64,000 bases of DNA from NCBI GenBank assembly GCA_030704615.1, contig CM060732.1:44950001-45014000 (forward strand). Direction: 5' to 3'. The stretch's first letter is position 1; each line of letters begins with the position of its first letter. Both the position numbers and the translations under genes were made by a program. The notes under the pieces were generated by a model. The model was not told where the DNA came from and did not search any database. It worked only from the letters and a program-made list of their open reading frames with translations. Below, piece after piece: positions 40,458 through 54,180 of this stretch. The stretch comes from Takakia lepidozioides (taxonomy: Eukaryota; Plantae; Bryophyta).

Positions 40458-43400
40458 ATGGAGCCCGCCTGCGATGTTGGGGGATCCATCCGTGCAGGGA
40501 TTGTCGACCAAGACAAATTTTGTTTGGTTGATGGAAATGCTGAAGAATTTCGTGAAGGTGATCGCGCTGTGGACGAGGGAGTGGACGCAGCTGAAGCTGC
40601 GGTGGTAGGTGAACACGACTTAACAAGCCATGAGTCCTCACAAGGCCCACAATCAGGGGCTTGTTCTACGGTAGCACACGAGGCACGTCACAGTTTTTCT
40701 ATGGGAGACACTTTGGTAACTCCACAAGGGGAACGGAGCACAGGAGAGCGTCAAATTCCTGATGGATTGGTTTTGGATTCGGAAAGCTCTTTCCCTGAGC
40801 AGCAACAAGGACAGAAAGGGTATGTCGACACAATTTTGAATGAGAATCGAACCCTGGATGCAGTTAGTTTGATAGTGGAAAACGGTTTATTGAAACAGAA
40901 GGAGGTAAGGGCAGGCGACGAGCACACAAGTATGAAGGACAATCAAAATTCTTCCGAGACAAAAGTCTTGGCCCTAGAACATAGTGTCTCAGGGCAGCGA
41001 GAGGCAGAGATAAGAATGGGACACACAAGCACCCGGGAGCTCCAAGGCTCAGGAGATGATGTCTCAAAGGACCAGAAAGCAGGAAAGGAAATAACGCAGG
41101 AGGTAGGAGTAGGAAATGGAGATACAAGTATTGTAGAAAAAATCAACTTAGCCACTGAAGATGGTGTTTCGCCAAAAGAAAGTGACGATGACACGAAAGA
41201 ATTGAAGGAAGTCACAACAGCCCCCCTGCTGAAAAAAACAAGTTTGTGTTCTTATTTCCGCAAGAAAGGTTGCAGACATGGAGCAGATTGTACTTTCGCA
41301 CATGGAGAAAGCGAGCTGCAGCCACGCCCTGATGGGTCATGGGATCCCACTTCCGACCGAGCAAAGAAAATACTCGTTTCCGGGAAAGATGAGAATGCAG
41401 GGGGAGCGACTGAGCAATCCGGGCTTCTTCAAAAGTGCATTGTGCACGTCCCACGGGGTTGGAGCCAGGACAAACTGAAAAGTTTCCTTAACCAAAATGT
41501 GAGTGAGATTGTTCCATTATTAGTCTATCTTCTTTCACGAAATATATGATGTATGATGAAAGATCTCCAAAGTCATCTTTTCATACATGTTACAGTAGGT
41601 ATGACCGTGGAGAGGTTTCTGTGAGCACCCCCGGCTGAGAAGTCTGTGCTTGTTAAAGAATTATCCTTCATCTACATTAAGTCTGTGTGATGAAAAAGTT
41701 CGGTGGTAGTTTACTAGCTAAGGTGCATGCTCATAATGTGTTTCATGTTTGCTTGCAGCATGTTCCATTCAAAACTGCAAAGAAGAGGAAGACAATGAAT
41801 GTGTGCTTTGTTGGATTTGAAACTGCAGAGAATGTTGCAAAATCTGCTGAGGTATGTTCATGTTTCCATGACTACAGAACCCCCCAGCTTTTGGTAAGAC
41901 AAATTATTCGTTAGGGCTCAATGATCTATTGCATATACCTGCTTACATGGACTTTGGACTTACTATGGCAATTACTAATTTGAGCTTGTCTTCAGGACAT
42001 AATTGAACCCCTATGTAGATTGGTCTGCGCATTAAAGAAGAACAATCGCCGGACCCCCTGTCATGCAAAAGTCTCTTGCAAATGAGCCCTAGGCACTATT
42101 TGGTAGAAATGGACTCTGCGCATAAAAATCCAGGTTTAACGCAATACCATCAATTCTCTAGAAGTGAATAGATCCTTCCAAGGGCCATTGTCGCTGCTGC
42201 AAAAAATGACAGTAACAAAAGCAAGCTTCAATCATGGCCCTCCAAAGTCTAGCGACTGGGGACACTCTCATATGATAGATCCAGGCTGGTGCTTGAAGTC
42301 ATTGAATGTCTTGAAATTGCAAGCAGTTGTCTCAACCTTAATGTATTAAAGTCTATTGGTTGTGGCTCATCCATTGAAATGCTTGAAAACTGCAGATTCT
42401 GGAGGGGATGACTGTACAGAACAAACGACTCAAATTTGCAGATGTTCTTCCTCGTGCTTGGGAGCAACAAAAAGCTGCTGGAGTCATAGAGAATACAATT
42501 GGTGATGACGGGGACACGGCGGAGGATGCCATCATGGGCTCTGCTGATATGGATTTGGATAACACCGGTGAGGCCACTGGGGGAGATGCAGGAGGAAATG
42601 CAGAGGCCACAGCAAAATGTTTGGAGCCTTTCAGAGATGTGTGCCAGGTGGTGACACCGTTCGCACATATGTCATATGAGGAGCAACTGTCAACCAAAAA
42701 AGATGCCATCACACAAGTTCTCAAGCGCCTTGTATGTACTGTTATATCCCCTGCTACTCTTTTCTGGGGAATGTAAGCGTCGACCAGCTCAGTGAGAGTA
42801 CCAAATGCTGATGATTATGTTCAGTTATCAAGACCCACTCAAGATTTTCATCTTTGCATTATGGAGTAGCAACAGCCTGAGGCTTGCTAGAGTGTGCCAC
42901 ACCAAAACTTGCTCATGCTTATTGTGCATTCTCTGTTCTGTAGATGGCTACTGAAGTACAAACTAACTTTAGTGTTGGTGGATGAAGGCACGTAATATAC
43001 GCAAGGGCTGTCCACCGAGTGTTTTACTACCTGAATGGTTGGTTGCTGCGAGGGATCGAGGTCAGGTTCCCACCCTAGTGATTGCCTGCAGTTTGGAATA
43101 AATTGTTTTATTGTGCTTTAGTTCTGGGTGAGATGAAAACAAAGGGAAACTCTTGCTGAAGCATGCGTAATTTATGGTGTCACTTCACCGCGAAGGGCTA
43201 CTCCCTTCTGCTTGGAAGGTGGTCACCTTCTAACGGCTGGAACTGGGGCATCATGGTTGCCCAACCCTCCCCCCTAGGTCTCGAAAGTCCCCAGAGACCC
43301 ACACATTAAGTTACCTGTTGACCCGGGTACCCCCTTCTTATGGCTGGCAGCATGAGAGGGATGGGTCTTAGAAACCATGGTTTTGTGACAAAATTGCTTG

Positions 43401-46400
43401 CATGCTCGAGGTACATATTTTCCAATGTACTAGCCATGCCCATCCAAATTCCAGATATGTGTATAGAGTATAGTGCAGTTTATTCCTATATTTGTAGTGA
43501 ACAAAAGCCCGATACCTATTGTCCATCAGAAGTCATCCATTGCACTAACATTGTTGACTTGCTCATCCTCCAAGCAGTTGACTGCTTGATACTGCAGCCT
43601 CGAACCCCCCAGCCCAATCCCTGTCCACAAGCAACTATAGCAGATGGAATTTCCAAAGCTTCAAGGCTTAAATCTCCAAACGGGCTTGGGGAATCAGGTC
43701 CCACAATAAACGGAAAAGCTGGGTCAAAACCATACACAGGCATACCACCGTGCACCCTATTGTTGCTCTACACTAAAACTAGTCTCCGACTTTCAGTCGT
43801 CAGTAGAATTTTGTCCAGAGGAGGTTTCACTTAACGGGTTTACCCCTCATGTTTGATGGGTGCATCCAGTCGTATGCATGAGTAATAACAGATGGCATGT
43901 GCCATAATGGTGTGCTATTGCGTTTTGAGCATTTGCAGATGGGCTTCCATGTGAGTTCGAAGGAGTGCTGGCATCTCCCCTGGTTGATGGATATCGCAAT
44001 AAATGTGAATTCAGCATAGGCTGTGGGCCAGATGGAAAACGTGTAGTTGGCTTTCAGTTAGGCACATTCAGGTGCTTTGCAATGTCTGTCGCCTTGTGGA
44101 TCCTTTTCCTTCTTTCACGTATTTGTTCCCTTGCTGCTACTGCTACTATAAGGAGCAACTAACCAAGATGTAGGCAGGGTTTGAGAATTATCAAGTGCTT
44201 GACATATATAGATGAGGAAGTGCATGTAATATGAGTCCAGACATGGGTTCAGTCATTTTGTTCCGGTGCAATGTTCTTTAGATGATGTGTTTTTCTTGAT
44301 AACGTACATGGCACACATGGTTCTGTCGTTCATGAACAGACTAATTCAGTGCCAAATCATAGGAGGTGAAATCTTCACCCTTTACACTCTAGGCAAGCAA
44401 GAAATCTGAGTAATGTTCAAAGGCATTTCTTACGGTCAGCATATGGCTGGGTGTGGATATTATGGGGTTTGGACAGGGAGGGGATCAATGCAGTGGCAGA
44501 GCCAAACAAATGTCGAAACGTGTCCAGAGTTGCACTGGCATATGTGGCGGCCATTCAGGCCTTTGTATGTACATCAAAACTCTCTGTCTGGAGCAAAGAG
44601 AACAACACTGGTTTTTGGCGAATGCTCACGGTAAGTTTTATACCAACCTCTCAATTTGTCGTTAAATCTATGAGCCATGGATGTATGATTTCACTACATA
44701 CTTCAAATATTGATGCTGCTACAGAGTTTCAATCTAAGGTCTTCAATGTGTCTCATGTCATGGCCCAAAACTGAAGACACCTGCTTGGTGCAGATTCGAG
44801 AGGGTCGAAAACAAATTGACATGGAGAACCTGGAGTCTGAAGCACCACATGAGATTTCAGAAGTCATGCTAGTAGTACAGGTGTGCTCTGATATTTACCA
44901 TACTTGCATGAATGGAGGCTCACACTGGTATTTATACCTTGTACAAACTGATTGAGACTTTCTACCTACACAAAGAGGAGTGTCTGCTGTCCCCTTAGCT
45001 CTAACAGTGGAGCTCGCAATATAATTGATGAAGAACACTTCGCTGATCCACACATTTGGAAGAATCCCACCCACGTGAGCCTGCAAAGTGGAAGATTGTT
45101 ATACTGCACAGCAAAGGTGATGGGCTACTCCAAGTGGGAGGTCTAGCTGAGGATCTGTCTACTCTTGTCCTCCCCAGATACTGGATGGAATGTCTGCTGC
45201 CACAAGCCCAAGGCAGGCACATCATCATAATGACATCTCTTTTTCTCCCTCTCCCAGTTGTACAGATTGCTTGTGTTGGACAAGAGTCAGGCAGCAGAAG
45301 GGATTCCTGCAGTCTGTGCAAAGAAATTTGCAAATCCTTTTAAGTAGGAGGTGTACTTTAGGACATTGCTAGATGATTGGGTCATATTTGAAGCAAATTG
45401 ATGTAATTCTGTGCCGAGTTATGCAGGTATGTCCTCTAGGAGTGCCAGAGGAACGGAGAACAAGAGAGTATGCCAACATGGCTCAGGCACTGCTGACTGC
45501 TTCAGCTGCTGCTTGCCCACCCCTCCCATTGACTGCTCTTCTTGTTCAAGTCAGTGATCCCTTTCTGACAAATGGTTGAGAAGGTTTTAATTGTGAAACT
45601 TGCATCTTTATAGTTATAACAGCTTGCAACAACCTTGAGTGGTGAATTGGATCCAGCACAGGGAGCACCTGGCACAATTCTCATGCTTTGGACCATAGAA
45701 CCCTCATCAGGAGGGTACGCTGGTGCAGGAATTAAACTTAAAGAGTCAAAGTTAAGATTGTGAATAGAGACACATGGAGTCAACGACTCATCTTTTAATG
45801 TACATCTCAGCTAATAGACAGGCCACATCTAATGAATTTTCTCTGGTGGAAGTTGTAGGTTTTATCTAAGGGGCTTGCATAGTTGGAGCAATTGTGTTGT
45901 ATTTGATAATCAATACATTGGAAGCTGCCACATGCACATTATGAAAGTTTGGCATTCTCCCACTTTCTTCGCTGAAAATAAACAGAGAATGGAAGAAGAG
46001 AAGATAGCATGCATAGTGTAAAGGTTGACAGAAGAAGAAAAAAAGAGAAGACTCTGGTGTAAATAAGAGCCTCTTTCCCTTGCGGGGGTAAGAATCCGGG
46101 GACATCCAGAGATTGAGAGAAAAAGGGAAGGCAATAACTAGAACAGTGTGGCCCCCAACAGCGAGGAAACGAATATACCTGATAGAGAGGAGAATGGGGT
46201 GGGGCCGGAAATGAAATTGGGTTTGTGATGTTTTATTCAGGATCATGTGGGAGTGTCCAATGCAGCTCCATCAGATGCCCCCTTGCATCTGCTGCCATTG
46301 CATTCAGACTCTGTGGCAGAAGAGGCAAAAGGGAAATCTCCTAAAGTATCCCCAACGGGGCACATTCACGATTATATCGGTAGCCTACGCTTCCGCATCT

Positions 46401-48835
46401 CTCCGACTGCTTTTTTCCAGGTGCAGATTTCTTTCCATAGTTTGATTTGGGGGGAAGCCAGAGGGGATGTTTGCTGCTTTATTTGGGTGTCTTTTCTTAC
46501 TTTGACTAGGATTTCGAACTTCAGCAAATTGTCCCTATTTATACTGCTAGAAGTGAGGTTTCAGAACTCTCAGAGTCTACTGTGTGCAGGTGAACACAAC
46601 CGCTGCTGATAGGCTGTATTCATTGGCTGGTGACTGGGCCAGGCTTGGCCCTGAGACTCTGCTGTTTGACGTCTGTTGTGGCACTGGCACAATCGGGCTT
46701 ACTCTTGCGCACCGTGTTGGAATGGTTATTTCTCTTGCTTTTATCTGATTTTAAGCCCCTGTACCACTAAGATGCAAAATCTAGTGATTAGGCTATTTTA
46801 TGAGGCTTTATTAGATTGGTCAACTTGCCAGATAATATGTTGTTGACAATTCACCAGATATCGTTTTGTATTCATGTAAATGATGTTGAGTCCAATCTGA
46901 TGTGTGAAGGTGTTGCATGGTAGGGTTAGGTTGTAGGGATTGAGATGAATGCTTCAGCAGTGGCAGATGCATGGATCAACGCCAAAATCAATGGCATTTC
47001 AAATTGCCGTTTCGTTTGTGGGAAGGTAGATCTCTCTCTCTGTCGTGTGGCCACCCTATGGGATTGCTTCTGAAACACTGCATGTGAGGGGTGTTTCATG
47101 TGGTGCCATTTTGTTGCCAATGCAGTGCCTACATCTGTGAGTGGAGTTAATTTTTCAGCTCATAGGCAATCACACCCGGGATACTCAACTGCTGAAACAG
47201 ACATGGAGTTGAATAACAACAAGTAATCTCACTCACATGTATCATAAGGACAATTGAACTGCATGATTTAGAAGAGTACACAGTTGCCAAGAGAGGAACC
47301 AAGTCATAAATGTAGATGTAGTGACTTTTGACATGGAGTTGTAAGAATCTAATTGCACAACCAATTGAACTCTAGGGAGTTTGAGAAGGGAGGAGGGGCT
47401 CACAATTTGCAGGCGGAAGATGTGATGAATGACTTGCTTAAGGAGTACTTTATAGGAGTACCAGAGCTCTCTGAAGATGCACATGACAGTAATGATACTC
47501 CAAGTGGAGACGAAGGTGCCAAAAAGGATTCAGACAAGACCATGAGGGAGGCAGACGTTAGCAAAAGTGGAAGTGGGGAGAAGGAGGCCAAGGAAGGAGA
47601 AAGTGATGCACAGAAGGATATTGAAGAACCCAGTAATTCTGAAGTGGAAAAGAGGCCACTTGCGTCCGACAAGGAAGACAATGGTGCCAAAGGCATCAAG
47701 GATTCAGAGAAGACCATGAGGGAGGCAGACGTTAGCAAAAGGGGAAGTGGGGAGAAGGATGCCAAGGAAGGAGAAAGTGATGCACAGAAGGATATTGAAG
47801 AACCCAGTAATTCTGAAGTGGAAAAGAGGCCACAGTTCACCAATGTGGTTGCCATAGTTGACCCACCTCGAGTAGGGCTCCACCATGTGGTGAGTAATTT
47901 AGGAAAGCTGCCTGTATTTCCTCCCACACAAGGGGGTTGTACATTTATGAAAGTATCATTCATACCTATTAGGATTATGTCGGTCTTCTCCTCATTCTAG
48001 GTAGTGTTGTATGACGGAATTACAACGCCCCATCCATCTGCCAACTGTTTTGACAAGGTATGCTGGTTCATGTCTCTTCTGACTTTTTCTTGTCTTCTCC
48101 CTGACCTGTAGGTTCTGAAGACCCTTAGGCTACACAAACAGCTGCGACGTCTTGTGTAAGAAATTCCTTTCTGCCTTTTCCTTTCTATGTGGAGTGTTGT
48201 CGACCAAGCTTTGTATAATCAGGCTCGGTATCAGCACGAGAGCTTTTTGCAGCATGAATACCTGAGTGACTTGATAGCCAAGTGCTGATATGTTACTCAA
48301 ATACTGTCTCATTCCGGGTACATTTTTCTGAGTATTGCTTCACTGGTATTAGCACGCCCTCCCCTTGAATTTAGATAGCATGGTGGAAAAGGGTACAATG
48401 TGTCCAGTAGTTAGACCGTGGTTGATTCAGGTTACCCTTATGATGGCACAGACATCAAAAATCACCTGATTGATTGTTACGAGACATAATGTGCATACAC
48501 GAATGGAAGATCCCTGTGATCCATGTTCTTTAGTGAGATCAACTACAGATTAAGTTGCAATGGCTGGCAGGTATATATCATGCAACCCGGACAGCTTGCT
48601 GGCCAATTGTGTGGAGCTGTGCATGCCTCTCAAAGAGGGATCGAATGAGGACACCGGGAAAGTTAAGGGAGGCAGAGCTGGAGGTGGATTCAGAGGTACC
48701 ACCAATTTGGGGCATGCTAGGCGGCGGGTGAAGACTCTCCCTGCATCAGAGCCTTTCAAGCCTGTGAAAGCTGCCGCGGTGGACCTTTTCCCACATACTC
48801 GTCATTGTGAAATGGTGATGCTCCTGGAAAGGTAG
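40458..48835 (+). CDS. TRM2A: CCCH zinc finger / RRM / TrmA-type tRNA (uracil-5)-methyltransferase (C3H24/TRM2A-like). Exons approx. 40458-41498, 41759-41851, 42396-42731, 42988-43060, 43939-44071, 44477-44630, 44794-44880, 45427-45549, 46241-46420, 46590-46724, 46930-47025, 47413-47889, 48112-48155, 48571-48835
   Basis: KTSLCSYF..GCRHG..CTFAHG; GYRNKCEFS; FRISPTAFFQVN; SAM motif FDVCCGTGTIG; VDPPRVG; YISCNP; DLFPHTRHCE. Confidence 0.92.
43145..43340 (-). mobile_element. Diverged Dualen-like LINE 3' end in TRM2A intron 4
   Basis: Same structural motif as 63808-63880 with compensatory changes: CAC CTTC..GAAG GGAGTA GCC..GGT GAA GTG, then a tgc-ttca-gca hairpin. Confidence 0.6.
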
Positions 48836-49899
48836 ACAGGCAACTTCACCTTCAGTTTTGTGCTACAACAGTAGTGTAGTTCTTTGCAGAATAGGGATCC
48901 GAGAGTGCCTAGAAGTAGACGACAGCCGGACCATTTTCCTTCCGCTGTGCCAATCAATTAACAGTAAGACTAGAATGCAACAGATGGGTGTGGAAACAGG
49001 AGCAGAGTCTGTTTGACTTCGACATTTAATGTTACATTGCAATTCACTTCTACATTGCACCAGTGGCTTTCAGCGACCTAGAAGTTCCCACTAAAGTGCT
49101 GGACCTGAGTTGATTGGCTAGTTCTTAAAGCTGTACTATCGTCAATTCCTGGAATGAATGAATGTATTGACAACATTGGAGGCTAATTGTCTAATATAAC
49201 GAGATCACAAGCATCATGTAAGGACATGACTGACATGAAGTTCTTTCATGTAAAATTTGAGTGTGAGGGGCCTGTTTGAACATGCTTTTGTCATCTGTGA
49301 TGATGTTTGGCAGACTGCAGGGCTGAACTAGGATCCTTTTGTAATTTTGAGTATGTGAACCCAACACAGAGCAGTTGTCTACAACACCTATTTGTAGGAA
49401 AATGCAAGTTGTTGGCATGGCCCAACGTGTCCTGCTAGTACTGTTTAGGGCCACTATTTCCGCTGCAAATCGACATACCTGATGGTTATTTGCAGTGTGA
49501 TCTACCCAGTGATAAATGTGTGAAGCATGAAGCTGTCCCTTGATATTCGTTGGCTTGCCGAAAACTGACTATCGTTGCTTTGGACTCCAGTTTTGTCCCT
49601 GGTGACTATTGGAGGCCACTGAGTGTTCGTAGTGGGTCTCTATTCTGTTTATAGGAACATGTTTCAATACAGGCGGCTTTGCACGGGCGGGTCAAGCAAC
49701 CTTGTATGATTATAAATTTCAGTTAAATGCCTTACTGCTAAAGAGACTGATTTCCATCTGACTGGATGGTAGGTTTCACTCCACTCTATCCACTCCTGTG
49801 CAGTGAGTGGATCATCCAGTCAGTGAAGCTTAGGTAGAATTGTCTAAACTAATTTCCCAGCATGGTTGGTCCTTTCTCACTGCCCTAGTATCAGGTCAG

Positions 49900-50790
49900 A
49901 TCCGCCCGAACTTCGTTTCAAATCACCTCAAGGAATCTCTGTGTTTTTTTTTCTGCCAAAAAATAGCCAGATTTTCACTTAGAACACGGGCGAGCTACTT
50001 CTATGATGGGATTACCAACCTACTTCAACATACTATTTATTTACAAACAGCTTGGTCTCCCTATACCTTCTTACCAACCAAATCTACAAGCCATCATCAC
50101 AAATCCACTATCCTGATATTACACTTATAAAAGGAATTGTCGATGTTGTATCCTCTTTACCACTGCACAGATATACCAGGTAACGACATAGCAAACTATC
50201 CGGCTCAACTTGGTGCCATTTGGCCAATCGCCAACCCCTCGACCAGCCCTATCCACCGGTCGCACACATACCCGTTTTGGCTCATATCAACAAGGGCTAG
50301 ATTCTCGACCATAGCACCTATACGGAACCTACACACACACATTCAAGGCGAGACCAAACTGCTTATACATGAATCCCGCACCTACAGAATTTCCTACATA
50401 TCTAAGTGGGTCTCGTCCCCGCACCTGCTATATAGTATGTCCAATCATTTTTGGACATCCCCCTGGGATACTGATGCACAAATCAAGCAAACTCTGAAAC
50501 TTCAGTATGGTCAATATATGGGCAATCAACGACGGAACTTGTTTTGGCCATTATTATACCCTAATAAATAGTGCATGTTATGTTCATCCCAAAATCCCCA
50601 AATAGACACATGGCCACACTTACTTCTCCACTCCAACCACCCCATAATTCATGGGTTGTGGGTAACTAGACATAACCAAGGGGTTAGATAACTCCACAAA
50701 ATTCTCACTTTACATCTGAAATCCAGATGGTTTAACCTCATCAATGGAGGCACGTTCCAAGGTCGCCCACCCGTACCCCCATGGCTACTT
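49900..50790 (+). mobile_element. Degenerate Dualen-like LINE fragment (RNase H C-terminal half to CCHC)
   Basis: FTNSLVSL, HCTDIPGNDIAN, TDAQIKQTLKLQYGQYMG and CMLC..DTWPHLL; homologous to 62470-63280. Confidence 0.7.
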
Positions 50791-50809
50791 AGCCAATTCG
50801 AGCACATGT

Positions 50810-52408
50810 GTATTGTGAACAATGAGAATGGCGATGATCCCAAGATGAGACTGTCCTTGTTCACTTATCAAGAAAACAAGTGAATGGTATGCAAGATTTC
50901 CTAATAATCATTTCCTAACCTGGAATGGCCTTAGTACAACATTCCGAAACAGGTTTAGGACAAGCAAAACTGAGGATGAAGTGTATGGAAGTTTGCAACA
51001 GTTAAGGCAGATGAAGCATGAAACTGTTGAAGAGTACATGGAAAAGATGGAGTTGATGATGAAAAAGCTGGCTGTTGTCCCAGAACCAAGGTTACAGAAG
51101 ACCTAGTTTGTGAGTGGACTAAGACCTGAACTACAAAAAAAAATGGATATGCTACCCATAATATAGTGGAAGAGGCATTTGAAACAGCCAACAGAATCGA
51201 GCAATTGGGGATGCTCGGGAGAGAGAAAAAAGATGATGAGGACTCTGAAGAGGAGTCGGATGAAGAAAAAGAGCAAGAGCTTAAGAAGAAGAGTAAGAAG
51301 AAGGAGAAGTTGAAGAGGGATAACTATGAAAAAATGCTGGAAGAAATCTTTAAAAAGTATGCCATAGAGGCTGCAACACATTGGAGAAAATGAGTGTGGT
51401 GTGCAAAATGTCAGAATGAAGGCCATACCACAGCTGAATGCCACATGAAGGAGAAACACTGTACTATCTGTAAAATGGATAACCATTCTACTGAGAATTG
51501 TTATTACAATATAAGGACAGCTGCAAGGGAACCTAGGCAAGTCAGGGTGCATCAAGTGCAGCCCCAGTCAAGAAGAAATAATGCTCAGGACCACTATGGT
51601 AGGCCTGGTGGTTATAACAACTGTATGGCAGGGAGAGGTAATCCAAGAAGGAATTACCAAGGCAACCCCAGAGGCAACTATCAGGGTAATCCAAGGGGGA
51701 ATTACCAGCCAGGGAATCAGGATTATAGAAATAATCCAGGAGCAGACCAAGGACAAGGACCCAATGGTGAAGAACTGTGTTACTGTTGTAATCAGGCACT
51801 GGATCAAACACCAGAATGAGATGAGAGCTCCTGTGAATGAAGGCCCAGTGGTGGCAGCTCACATGGTTAGGCCATGTTTTGTACCAGAAGTAAGTACAAT
51901 GATAGTGACCAGAAGCAAAGCTAAGCTAATACCACTAGTGGATGAGGAAGAAGATGTTAATGAAGATGGCAGTGATGTACCTGAAGATGATGAGGCTTGG
52001 AGAGATGAGAAGGAACTGCACAAGGAAGTGGCTGATACCATAAGGGAAATGCAGAAGGATACTGATATTCCTATGGCAGATTCTTCTGACTCTGAAGGGG
52101 AAGATGAAGAAGGTGAAGAGAAAGTGAAGCAAGAGGCTTCACAAGTGCAGGGTAATGAAGGGACTTTGGCTGAAGTAATATGCCAGTCCAAAGCTCAGAT
52201 TACCATTGGGCAACTATTGGTTGTGGCACCTCATTGTAGACACAGGTTGTATAAAGCAATCAATCAGATTGCTCATGTGACAGAGAACACATACCTAAAC
52301 AGCAAGGTGACAAGTTATAATGTGAAGCCTGAAGGGCAAGAAACAGTCATGGACTTTGATGATTCTATGCCAGTAATCCCGTTGAGAATTGGAAGCACAG
52401 ACTTGTAA
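50810..52408 (+). mobile_element. Degenerate Ty3/Gypsy gag fragment
   Basis: Two CCHC knuckles (CAKCQNEGHTTAEC, CTICKMDNHSTENC), GNPRGNYQ repeats, partial third knuckle, VTRSK, ITIGQLL..AP; contains stops and frameshifts. Confidence 0.7.
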
Positions 52409-52619
52409 AAGATTGTTTTGCTGAAAAGAATGAAGAGTTTATCAAGTGAGAGAGACTCTCTGAAAACCGTGCAGGTGCTGCAGCTTCATCAATGAGCATT
52501 CTAGGGTTCAGCTAGCAACCAATTTGATTGCTTCGTAGAATAAAAAGGAGGTACCGGTAAGGGAGTTGAAGATCCAGCCGCACTTGCACATGAAAAGCCT
52601 GGTAATCAGACCTAAATTT

Positions 52620-53160
52620 CAGATGCCAGGCTGCATAGCCCTCAATGTGCAGGTCCAGAAGCATCAAAACACCCTGGATTCATTCAATTCCAGCCACATT
52701 TCCAGTGTGAAGACATAGCCACCAATGCACATGGCAATTAGGCCTGGAATCAGGCTGCAAAATCTTCATAAGGCCTCACCATAGGCATGAAATGCTTCAG
52801 ATTCCTGCAGTAAAAGCACTTAGCAGCCCCCATTCACACCAGCAGAAGCTCACATCTGAAATCAGGTGTGAAGACATAGCCGCCAATGCACATGCCGAGA
52901 CCAGCGATTAGGCCTGGAATCAGGCTCAAATGCTTCAGATTCCTGCAGTAAAAGCACCTAGTAGCCACCATTCACACCAGCAGAAGCTCATGCAATCAGG
53001 TACGAAGACATAGCTGCCAACGCACATGCGAAGACCAGCAATTAAGTCTGGAATTTTGCTGCCAGGCTGCAAAGCCTTCATTACGCTTCTCCATAAGCAT
53101 CAAACGCCATGAATTCATGCATCAGGAGCACTTAGCCGTCACCATGCACTCCAGCACAAG
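52620..53160. repeat. Degenerate tandem repeats of about 135-160 bp
   Basis: gaagacatagc.(a/g)ccaa.gcacatg and cagcagaagctca recur three times. Confidence 0.65.
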
Positions 53161-54180
53161 CTTAGGCACGAGCTTCGTGCTTTTTTTTAGGCTTAGCAAA
53201 GTGATAAGGCCTCACTCCACGCGATTTCATCCCGTGTAGATGAAATCGTGTATAACTGATAAAATTAATAGGCATTCATCTCTGATGTCATCCTGTATGG
53301 ATGTCATTTGTCCACGATAAAAACCTAGGTACAGCATTCATCCGGCATGGATGAAGCAAAAAAATGGATCAAGGATTAAGTTGAATCATACCAATTTCAA
53401 ACCACATAGGCTTAAGAAAAAATGATTAGATCCCGCTCTGATAGCTGGAGAGAGGGAGAGAGAGGGAGAGATCAGGAAACCAAAAAAAAAAAAAAAAAAT
53501 GTGGGGGGGAGGAGTGACTGAGCAGCTGTTGCTTAGCAGCTGCAGCTGCTCGGTCACTCCTCCTTTTCTTTGTTGCCCCCTCCTCGGAACTGGCTGGTTG
53601 CATCAGTGTTATTTTCATGATTTTCCATCTATACCAGATGGACTCTAAAAGGTGTTTTCACCCGACTTGTAAAGGTTTTCTATCCATACCGGAAGAATCA
53701 CTGGGTAGACACTAAAGTATCTTTTAAAATGACCTATAATTTTTCATTCTTCTTTTATTGACTTTCATCTATATCAGATGAGTCACCAGAGAATGAGGAA
53801 TTACCTCCGTAGGGGTTATGACACTGGCATCCTATCTATAATTTTTCCATCCATGCCGAATGAAAAATACCAGGATTTGAATTCGTTTTATTCCCCTTTT
53901 ATGCCTTTTTATACGTACTGGATGAGGCTTTCTCTTAAGGGATTTCCAAATAAATGAACCTATTTATTTTTTCATCTGGACCGGATGAAAAAAGCAGCTT
54001 ATGATGGCCATGGAGAATTTTTTAATTACCCTTAATTATTGCTAATTGAGGAGTGAAACCCTAACTCCTACCCTATAATCTACTGTTTAAACCTAGCTAA
54101 CGGATGACATCCGTCGGGTTTTTGAGAGACAGGGTATTGATTATTTATCCTCCGGATGAAAAATCGGGCTCTGCCCTAGG

